From Myxococcota bacterium (GTDB lineage Bacteria; Myxococcota_A; UBA9160; UBA4427), in assembly GCA_036336835.1 (NCBI GenBank), contig JAYZFK010000090.1, positions 1-22,803 on the forward strand: a stretch of DNA of 22,803 bases, in the 5' to 3' direction. Under the pieces are notes generated by a model that worked only from the letters and a program-made list of their open reading frames with translations, was not told the origin of the DNA and did no database searches. The position numbers were made by a program, and so were the translations under genes. Positions 16,362-22,803 of this stretch are shown one piece after another. Numbering within the stretch: position 1 is the stretch's first letter; each line of letters starts with the position of its first letter.

Positions 16362-17543
16362 TCAGCGAGCCGTCGATACGGGGAGGTTCACGTAGCCCTT
16401 CACGTGGGCCAGGTAGGTGCGCGTCATGGCCGACTCGTCCACCTCGTAGCGCGGGAAGCGGGCCGCGATCTCTTCGAGCGCGATCCGCGTCTCGAGCCGC
16501 GCCAGACTCTTGCCGATGCAGACGTGGTGGCCGTGGCCGAAGTAGAGCGTGCGGTCCTGCGTGCGCTTGACGTCGAAGCGGTCCGCGTCCGGGTACTCGC
16601 GCTCGTCGCGGCAGGCCGAGCCGGTGACGAGCGCCACCCGCGCATTGGCGGGGATGGTGACGCCGTGCCAGGTCGAGTCCGCGAGCGCGACCCGGCCCTG
16701 GTACTGGGAGGGCGCCTCGTAGCGCAGGATCTCCTCGATGGCGTTGGGCAGCCGCTCGAAGTCGTCCCACAGCCACTGGCGCTGATCCGGGTGCTTCCAC
16801 AGCAGGTACACGGCGTGGCCGAGCAGCTTGGCGGTGGTCTCGGCCCCCGCCGAAGCCAGCAGGTTCACGAAGCTCATGCACTCTTCTTCGCTGAGCTGGT
16901 GGCTCTTGCCGTCGACGTCCTCGTACTCCGCCTCGGCGAGGACGGTGATCAGGTCTTCGCGCGGGTTCTTGCGGCGATCGGCGATCAGGTCGTTCAGCCG
17001 GTCGCGCGAGGCGCGGAGATGCTCGGTGGCCTCGAGGTCGAGCCCGCCCTCCGGATCGCGCTCGAGCCCCATGTCGACGCCGAGCCGGTAGGCGTCGCGC
17101 TCTTCTTCCGGGATGCCGAGGAAGACGCTGATCACGTCCATCGGGAACCGGACCGCGAACTCCTGCTGGAAGTCGAACTCGCCGAGCTCGCCGAGCCGGT
17201 CGAGCGACTGGCTCGCGAGCGAACGAATCTGCTTGGCGAGCGACGCGATGCGGCGCGGCGTGAAACCGCGGCTCACGATGTTGCGCAGCCGCGTATGCCG
17301 CGGCGGATCCATGCCGATGATCGAGAAGAAGTCGCCCGACATCTCTCCCCGGTTCTCGAGCACCGGGCCCAGCGACGAGCTGATCGTCTCCCAGTCGAGC
17401 GTCGCCCGCCAAACATCCTCGAAGCGGAAGAGCGCGTAGAAATCCATCTCCGGGTTGTAGGTGCAGGGATCCTCGTCCCGGAAGTGCTTGTAGAGGGGGT
17501 ACGGGTCTTCCTGGAACGGCCGCGAGTAGGGGTCGTAGATCAT
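16362..17543 (-). CDS. Cytochrome P450, 393 aa
   Basis: DPPRHTRLR, I-helix AGAETT, EEILR (ExxR) and heme motif FGHGHHVCIG. Confidence 0.97.
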   Translation of the reverse strand: MIYDPYSRPFQEDPYPLYKHFRDEDPCTYNPEMDFYALFRFEDVWRATLDWETISSSLGPVLENRGEMSGDFFSIIGMDPPRHTRLRNIVSRGFTPRRIASLAKQIRSLASQSLDRLGELGEFDFQQEFAVRFPMDVISVFLGIPEEERDAYRLGVDMGLERDPEGGLDLEATEHLRASRDRLNDLIADRRKNPREDLITVLAEAEYEDVDGKSHQLSEEECMSFVNLLASAGAETTAKLLGHAVYLLWKHPDQRQWLWDDFERLPNAIEEILRYEAPSQYQGRVALADSTWHGVTIPANARVALVTGSACRDEREYPDADRFDVKRTQDRTLYFGHGHHVCIGKSLARLETRIALEEIAARFPRYEVDESAMTRTYLAHVKGYVNLPVSTAR

Positions 17544-17547
17544 CGCC

Positions 17548-17569
17548 TCGTCTCCACGAGACGATTCTA
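17548..17569 (-). promoter_or_regulatory. P450 promoter: -10 TAGAAT (17564-17569) abutting a 7-3-7 palindrome TCGTCTC-CAC-GAGACGA (17548-17564)
   Basis: Read directly from the sequence. The palindrome covers the predicted start site and the GGAG SD. Confidence 0.5.
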
Positions 17570-17667
17570 CCCGTCGGGCGGGGGTCTGAGGCGGCTCCGA
17601 TGAAGAATCGAAGCGTCTCCGGGCCGGAGGGGGCGGAGTTCCGGCCCATCGGGCTGGTGCCCGGGTG

Positions 17668-17673
17668 TAGACT
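17668..17673 (+). promoter_or_regulatory. Putative -10 box (TAGACT) for the BKACE-family gene
   Basis: TANNNT about 40 nt upstream of ATG 17714, followed by SD GGAGG at 17704-17708. Confidence 0.35.
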
Positions 17674-17713
17674 CGCCGGCGTGCGGGTGGCCCGCGAGCC
17701 GTCGGAGGACGCC

Positions 17714-18616
17714 ATGGCCCGGAAGGACGAGCACGTCATCATCGAAGCCGCGATCAACGGCGAGACCAAGCCCGAGCGCAACCCCAATGCGCCGCGCAAG
17801 CCCGAGGAGATCATTGCGGACGTGTTCCGCTGTCTCGACGCCGGCGCCTCGGTGATCCACGCGCATAGCGACGACATCATGCGCACGGGTCGCGAGTCCG
17901 CCGAGGGCTACCTCGCTGCCTGGCGCATCATCATGGCCGACCGCCCGGACACGCTCTGGTATCCCACGCTCGGAGCGGGCAAGGACATGCAGGAGAGCAT
18001 CTCGCACGTGGAGGTGCTGTGCGACGAGCTCGACATGCGGCTCGGCCTCTGCGATCCGGGCTCGACCAACATCGGCGGCCCCGACGAGGACGGTCTGCCC
18101 GTCGGCATGGTGTACAGCAACACCTACGAGGACGTGCGGACCTGCTTCGAGCAGGCCGAGCGCCGGCGCATCGGTCCCTCGCTCGCCATCTACGAGCCCG
18201 GCTGGCTGCGCACCGTGCTGGCCTTCTACAACGCGGGTCGTCTACCCAAGGGCGCCATGGTGAAGTTCTACTTCGGCGCGGAGTACGGTCTGTTCGGCAC
18301 GGAGCCCGGCGTCTCCTTCGGTCTGGCGCCCACCGAGAACGCGCTGGCGGCCTATCTCGATCTGCTCGAGGGCACGGATCTCCCGTGGTCGGTGTCGGCC
18401 TGGGGCGGGGATCTGTTCGAGACGCCGGTGGCGCGCCAGGCGCTCGAGCGCGGCGGCCATCTGCACGTGGGTCTCGAAGAGCACTTCCACCCCACGCACA
18501 AGCCCACCAACCAGGAGATCGTCGAGCAGGCCGCGAAGCTCGCCAACGAGGTCGGCCGTCCCATCGCGGATGCCGCGGAGACCTCGCGGATCCTCGATCT
18601 CCCCAACCCGTTGTAG
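17714..18616 (+). CDS. BKACE / 3-keto-5-aminohexanoate cleavage enzyme (DUF849) family protein, non-canonical, 300 aa
   Basis: SD GGAGG then ATG 17714. Motifs: VIIEAAING, NPNAPRKPEEI, AGASVIHAH, GSTN, GGHLHVGLEE, PTNQEIVEQA..VGRPIA. Confidence 0.9.
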   Translation: MARKDEHVIIEAAINGETKPERNPNAPRKPEEIIADVFRCLDAGASVIHAHSDDIMRTGRESAEGYLAAWRIIMADRPDTLWYPTLGAGKDMQESISHVEVLCDELDMRLGLCDPGSTNIGGPDEDGLPVGMVYSNTYEDVRTCFEQAERRRIGPSLAIYEPGWLRTVLAFYNAGRLPKGAMVKFYFGAEYGLFGTEPGVSFGLAPTENALAAYLDLLEGTDLPWSVSAWGGDLFETPVARQALERGGHLHVGLEEHFHPTHKPTNQEIVEQAAKLANEVGRPIADAAETSRILDLPNPL

Positions 18617-18666
18617 GCTTTCGCTTCTTCCTTCGCGGCTTCGCTCGGCGAGGCCGACGTCTGCGC

Positions 18667-19527
18667 CTAGCTTGGAGCGATGGCGGTGTCGTGCGGCTCG
18701 TGGAAGGGGAGGCGCAGCTTCCCGATCAGGCTCGGCTCGGTGTTCCCGATCCCCGTGGCAACGGTGGGGGCGTCGGAGAAGGTGCCGAAGAGCCGGTCCC
18801 ATAGGATGACGGCGCAGCCGTAGTTCGTGTTGCTCTCTTGGAACACGCGCGAGTGGTGATGCACGTGGTAGCGGTTGGTGGTGAACAGCCAGCCGATGCC
18901 CCGCGTGTTGAGGTCGAGGTTCGAATGCGCGACCGCCGTGTTGGCGAGCAGCAGGATGCTTCCGCCGGTTGCCGCCGGGCCGGCACCGAGCAGCAGCTCG
19001 ACGACCGCCATCGGCAGCAGCAGGACTCCGAGCTCGAAGGGGTGGTTGGCGCCGAAGTGGATCGCGCCCAGGTGCTGGAAGCTGTGGTGGGCGCCGTGGC
19101 CGGTCGAGTACCACACCCACGGGAAGCGGTGCTCCGCGCGGTGCAGCCAGTACCAGCCGAATTCGCTCAGGCAGAGCGCCAGCGGAATCTGCAGTGCGAG
19201 CGGCCAGTGGCGGGGCCACACGTCGAGGCCGTGACGCGCGCGGAGCGCGTCGAGCACTGGGCCGAGCTCGGCCTGGTAGGCGAACACCAGGGCTGCCGCA
19301 ATCGCGCCGACCCCGAGCACGATGCCCAGGTTGGTCGCGCGCTCGCGCGCGGTGTGCCGCCACGCGGGGCGCGCCGGCATCCAGTGCTCGAGCCCGCCCA
19401 GCAGGGCGACGACGCCGACGAACGCGATCGGATAGGCTGCCTCTGCATCGCCCAGCGCGACGACGAGCCACACGCTCCCGATCAGCAGTGCCGGCTGCAG
19501 TCCGTAGTGCACCAGTGCGCGTGCGAT
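18667..19527 (-). CDS. Sterol desaturase / fatty acid hydroxylase family membrane di-iron protein (start uncertain: ATC 19527 or GTG 19512)
   Basis: His boxes YWLHRAEH, HGAHHS, AHSN and YHVHHHS; NTNYG..ILWDRLFGTF; several hydrophobic helices. Confidence 0.88.
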   Translation of the reverse strand: MARALVHYGLQPALLIGSVWLVVALGDAEAAYPIAFVGVVALLGGLEHWMPARPAWRHTARERATNLGIVLGVGAIAAALVFAYQAELGPVLDALRARHGLDVWPRHWPLALQIPLALCLSEFGWYWLHRAEHRFPWVWYSTGHGAHHSFQHLGAIHFGANHPFELGVLLLPMAVVELLLGAGPAATGGSILLLANTAVAHSNLDLNTRGIGWLFTTNRYHVHHHSRVFQESNTNYGCAVILWDRLFGTFSDAPTVATGIGNTEPSLIGKLRLPFHEPHDTAIAPS

Positions 19528-19586
19528 GGGAACCCTCCGCGGCCGAGCATACCGCGCCCGGGGCCTCTGCTCGTTGGGCAGTCTCG

Positions 19587-20666
19587 CTAGATCCCCGCGA
19601 CCTCGCGCAGCGCGCCGCGCGCGTCGAGATCCTCGATCGCGCACTCGGCGCGCTCGAGGAACGCGGCTGCGAGCCGGGCGTTCTCGGCCGGCGCGTCCTC
19701 GGGGAAGAGCACGAGCGGACAGGACGCCGGAACGGCGTACGCGGCGTGCACGCGGTGCAGCTGCCACGCGTCGTCGAATGCAATCGGCTCGCCTCCGGCC
19801 TCGCGGCGCGCCGCGAGATAGCGCTCGATCAGCTCGCGCTCGTGCTTGCGCCGGTTCGCCGGCGAGAGCGCCATGATCAGGAAGTAGCCGACGTCGCGCA
19901 GTGGCGTTCCGAGCTGGATCAGCCCCCAGTCGAGAAAGCCAGGGCGCCCGCCATCCTCGAACAGGTTGCCGATGTGGCTGTCGCCTTGCAGCACGGTCAG
20001 GCTGCCGCGGTCCCAGACCTCTTCGAGCGCGGACTGGCGCTCGATGTAGAGGGTGGAGAGCTCGGCGAAGGCATCGGTCAGGCGATCGCGGTGATGGTCG
20101 AGCCCGTACTGGAGCATCGTCGTGCCGAAATCGCTGCCACCCGGCATGCGCTCGACCCAGCCCGCGTCCCTCTCGCGACGCGCCTCGTCTGCGTAGCGAA
20201 CGTGCAGCGCCGCGTAGTCGCGCATTGCCTGCGAGGCCTGCTCGAAGCTCAGCGCCGCGACCACATCGGGAAACGTACACCCGGTGCTCGCGAGATCTTC
20301 GATCAGCACGACGAATCCGCCCGAAGCCTCGTCGAAGCGCGCGACGTAGGGACGCGGGACGCGCATCGGCACGTGCTCTGCGAGGGTCCGGTAGAAGAGC
20401 GCTTCGCGGCGCCCCATCCCCGTGCGATTGATCGCCTCGCGGCGCGCCGGATCGAGCGGCGGGAGCTTCAGGAAGAAGGTCTCGGGCAGCTCGCAGGCCG
20501 TGTCGTAGGTGACGCGCAGGCGCGCATTCGAGTTGGTGCCGTGGTGGATCTCGAGCACTTCGACCGACGCCACGCTCGCGCTCGGGAAGCGCTCGCGCAG
20601 CGCCTCGCCGAGCCACTCGGGTGTGACACCGGCGGGCTCCATGGGAAGTGTGGGCAGTGTGCTCAT
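19587..20666 (-). CDS. Phosphotransferase, EcKL (ecdysteroid-kinase-like)/APH family, 359 aa
   Basis: VTPEWL, LPETFFLK, REALFY, LIEDL, QGDSHIGN (Brenner motif), LDWG and RDVGYF. Confidence 0.88.
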   Translation of the reverse strand: MSTLPTLPMEPAGVTPEWLGEALRERFPSASVASVEVLEIHHGTNSNARLRVTYDTACELPETFFLKLPPLDPARREAINRTGMGRREALFYRTLAEHVPMRVPRPYVARFDEASGGFVVLIEDLASTGCTFPDVVAALSFEQASQAMRDYAALHVRYADEARRERDAGWVERMPGGSDFGTTMLQYGLDHHRDRLTDAFAELSTLYIERQSALEEVWDRGSLTVLQGDSHIGNLFEDGGRPGFLDWGLIQLGTPLRDVGYFLIMALSPANRRKHERELIERYLAARREAGGEPIAFDDAWQLHRVHAAYAVPASCPLVLFPEDAPAENARLAAAFLERAECAIEDLDARGALREVAGI

Positions 20667-20672
20667 GCGGCG

Positions 20673-20678
20673 AAGCTA
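20673..20678 (-). promoter_or_regulatory. Putative -10 box (TAGCTT), leaderless promoter of the kinase
   Basis: TANNNT 6 nt upstream of ATG 20666, with no SD. Confidence 0.5.
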
Positions 20679-20771
20679 GCGGGTCTTGCGGGGCTGCTGC
20701 TCGCCGGGGCGCGGAGCACGACGGGGTCGAGGCGCGCGCGAACGACGCCCCTTGAGCCGAACCGTTCGCGC

Positions 20772-20777
20772 TAGTAT
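20772..20777 (+). promoter_or_regulatory. Putative -10 box (TAGTAT), leaderless promoter of the amidohydrolase_2 gene
   Basis: TANNNT 6 nt upstream of ATG 20784, with no SD. Confidence 0.55.
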
Positions 20778-20783
20778 CGGCCG

Positions 20784-21920
20784 ATGCACAGGGGCCACCG
20801 GTACATCGATAGCGACGGCCACGTCCTCGAGCCGTCCGACCTCTGGGAGAAGTACCTCGATCCCGAGTTTCGCGACGAGATGCCCACCAGCCACGTCGGC
20901 TACGTGGGCGACGATTACGCCTACTCGCTCGAGTGTCGCGTCCACGGGGTCGCGATGCCCACGTTCCTCGACGGCGTCAATGCACCGATGCCCGGACTGA
21001 AGGAAGCCTACGGCGAGTTCCAGGAGCTGGCGTGGTCTCCCGAGGTGTACCGTCGCGTGCTCGATCGCAGCGGCATCGACAAGATGGTCGTGTATCCCAC
21101 GGTAGGCCTGTTCGCGACCTCCGTGCCGACGCTCTCGGCCGAGACGGCGGCGGCCTACCGACGCGCGTACAACCGCTGGCTGAACGACTTCTGTCGCGAG
21201 TGTGACGATCGCATCGTCGGCATCGGATCGCTCGACCTGCGCGATCCTGTCGAGGCCGCTCGCGAGGCCCGGCGTTGCGTGGTCGATTACGGGTTTCGCG
21301 GCCTGACGGTCCACCCCAATCCCGTCACGTCGTATCCGCTCTACCACGAGTTTCACGATCCGCTGTGGCAGGCGCTGTCGGAGCTCGACGTGCCGATCGG
21401 CTTCCACGCGGGCGCCGGTACGCCGCTCGACGTCGGCGTGAGCCACTTCTACGAGTGGGCCGCCGGCCGCGGTGTGGCCGCGTTCGCGCTCGGTTACATG
21501 CTCGCGTCGATGGCGATGATCGGTGGCGGCGTGCTCGAGCGCTTTCCGCAGCTGCGGCTGGTCTTTCTCGAGGCCGGCTGCGGCTGGCTGCCGTACATGC
21601 TCGACCGCATGCAGTCTGGCATTCAGGGCTCGAACCGCGCCGCGTCGCGCTTCCTCCCCATGCAGGGGCTCACGATGCACCCGTCGGAGTATTTCCGTCG
21701 CCAGTGCTTCGTCGCCTCCGACCCGGACGACCCCGACATCGCCTACGCGATCGAGCAGCTCGGCGACGAGTGCATCGTCACCGCGACCGACTTCGGGCAT
21801 CCCGAGGGACGGGGCTACCTGCAGGCGATCGACGAGACCCTGGCCCTCGAGACCCTCTCGGACGAGAGCCGGCGGCGGATCATGTGGGACAACCCCGCGC
21901 GGCTCTACGGCCTGGGCTGA
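20784..21920 (+). CDS. Amidohydrolase_2 family protein (decarboxylase/hydratase-type TIM barrel), 378 aa
   Basis: IDSDGHVLEP, VYPT, YNRWL, DPLW..PIGFH, GGVLERFPQLR..LEAGCGW, ATDFGHPE and NPARLYG. Confidence 0.93.
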   Translation: MHRGHRYIDSDGHVLEPSDLWEKYLDPEFRDEMPTSHVGYVGDDYAYSLECRVHGVAMPTFLDGVNAPMPGLKEAYGEFQELAWSPEVYRRVLDRSGIDKMVVYPTVGLFATSVPTLSAETAAAYRRAYNRWLNDFCRECDDRIVGIGSLDLRDPVEAAREARRCVVDYGFRGLTVHPNPVTSYPLYHEFHDPLWQALSELDVPIGFHAGAGTPLDVGVSHFYEWAAGRGVAAFALGYMLASMAMIGGGVLERFPQLRLVFLEAGCGWLPYMLDRMQSGIQGSNRAASRFLPMQGLTMHPSEYFRRQCFVASDPDDPDIAYAIEQLGDECIVTATDFGHPEGRGYLQAIDETLALETLSDESRRRIMWDNPARLYGLG

Positions 21921-21926
21921 CGCGGC

Positions 21927-22688
21927 GTGAGGCGAACGAACCGGTACTGCGCCCGCCTGCGCGCGAGCCGCCCGAGCGCGACGCTCGCGGCGTGTCTCGT
22001 CGCAGTCGCCTGCTCCGACGGGCCGCCCGACGCAAACCCGTTCGACGAGCTGCTGACGTCCGGGAAGGCCTTGTACTCCCAGGGAAACGAAGAGCTGATC
22101 GTGCGGCACTTCTTCCGGGACCGGCGCGACGGCTTCTTCCTGGACGTCGGGGCCTGGCACTGGAAGCAGGCCAGCACGACCTACTACCTGGAAGCCCACC
22201 TCGGCTGGACGGGCATCGCGGTCGACGCGCTGCGTGAGCTGGTGCCCGAGTACCGGAAGAATCGCCCGGGCACGCGACTGTTCACCTACATCGTGGGGGA
22301 CTCTTCGGGCGGCATGGCGGACTTCTACGCGTTCGGCGCGCTGTCCTCCACGGTCGAGGATCACCTGGAGCTGTTCGGCACGCTCGCGCCCGAGACGAAG
22401 ACGCAGGAGCCCCAGCATCGACGTGTGCCGACGATCACGCTCGACGATCTGCTGGGACGCAACGGTGTGACACGGATCGACTTCCTGTCGATGGACATCG
22501 AGCAGGGCGAGCCAGCAGCGCTGGCGGGCTTCGACATCGAGCGCTTTCGGCCGGAGCTGGTGGCGATCGAGATGGGCCTGGCCTCGGTTCGCGAGAAGGT
22601 CATCGCCTACATGGCCGAGCACGGCTACGTGCGCATCGAACAATACGCCGAGCACGATATTGCGAACTGGTACTACACACCGCGCTGA
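21927..22688 (+). CDS. FkbM family (Methyltransf_21) methyltransferase with a lipoprotein-like N-terminus, 253 aa
   Basis: YSQ.NEE, GFFLDVGA, LGWTGIAVD, TLDDLL, IDFLSMDIEQGE..AL.G and RPELVAIE. Confidence 0.85.
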   Translation: MRRTNRYCARLRASRPSATLAACLVAVACSDGPPDANPFDELLTSGKALYSQGNEELIVRHFFRDRRDGFFLDVGAWHWKQASTTYYLEAHLGWTGIAVDALRELVPEYRKNRPGTRLFTYIVGDSSGGMADFYAFGALSSTVEDHLELFGTLAPETKTQEPQHRRVPTITLDDLLGRNGVTRIDFLSMDIEQGEPAALAGFDIERFRPELVAIEMGLASVREKVIAYMAEHGYVRIEQYAEHDIANWYYTPR

Positions 22689-22697
22689 GCCGGTGCT

Positions 22698-22802
22698 TCA
22701 GTCGGCGCGCGCGGCGTCGACGATCGCCTTGCCGAAGCTCTCGTAATTGACCTCGCTCACCAGCATGTGCTGGCTCGCGGCGCGCATGTCGCGAAGCGTT
22801 CG
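22698..22802 (-). CDS. C-terminal fragment of an acyl-CoA dehydrogenase-fold flavin monooxygenase (HsaA/Acyl-CoA_dh_2-like); 5' end outside window
   Basis: Reads RTLRDMRAASQHMLVSEVNYESFGKAIVDAARAD*. The R..RD...A.QH......YE..G pattern is typical of this family's C-terminus. Confidence 0.65.
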   Translation of the reverse strand, partial: RTLRDMRAASQHMLVSEVNYESFGKAIVDAARAD

Positions 22803-22803
22803 C

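Noticed and set aside
18667..20616. 649-aa ORF suggesting a kinase-desaturase fusion
   Set aside because: The upstream part is off-frame relative to the kinase, which has its own stop at 19587.
19587..20666. Aminoglycoside-resistance gene
   Set aside because: It shares only the APH-fold motifs. Length, N-terminus and context match EcKL-like metabolic kinases, and there is no mobile context.
276..22655. Many long alternative-frame or antisense ORFs (e.g. 276-2324, 662-2704, 3469-5280, 13793-15973, 15424-17886, 20676-22655)
   Set aside because: They are Arg/Ala/Gly/Pro-rich shadows of real genes caused by stop-codon scarcity at about 70% GC. They carry no family motifs and fully overlap well-supported CDSs.
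2667..22688. Secondary-metabolite biosynthetic cluster (adenylation enzymes, P450, methyltransferase, desaturase)
   Set aside because: There is no carrier protein, ketosynthase, condensation domain, terpene cyclase, precursor peptide or exporter. The families fit catabolism better.
1..22803. CRISPR arrays, tRNA/rRNA, IS elements, REP families, defence or phage genes
   Set aside because: I saw no regularly spaced repeats, RNA-gene signatures, transposase/integrase motifs or terminal repeats. Intergenic gaps are all short (under about 170 nt).

Overview
A ~70% GC bacterial window packed with about 22 metabolic genes (20 complete, 2 cut by the window edges) in many short divergent and convergent transcription units. 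I found no rRNA, tRNA, CRISPR array, mobile element, transporter or regulator. The core is a lipid or steroid-type catabolic module. A minus-strand beta-oxidation operon (heteromeric-type acyl-CoA dehydrogenase pair, double MaoC/hot-dog hydratase, acyl-CoA ligase, non-canonical crotonase) diverges from a close BaiE-like (bile-acid 7alpha-dehydratase-type) NTF2 protein and a 3-ketosteroid-dehydrogenase-family flavoprotein. Around it are two SDRs, a SnoaL protein, an SMP-30 lactonase, a second CoA ligase, a P450, a tandem Dabb protein, a catalytically altered BKACE/Kce homolog, a sterol-desaturase-family protein, an EcKL/APH-like kinase, two amidohydrolases, a tandem cupin and an FkbM-type methyltransferase with a lipoprotein-like signal. 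Non-coding signals include a recurring leaderless-promoter architecture (TANNNT 6-8 nt before the start codon), a 21-codon SD-led ORF in frame ahead of the second CoA ligase, and a palindrome plus micro-ORF at the P450 start. All family assignments are motif-based from memory; no searches were run and no substrate is established.
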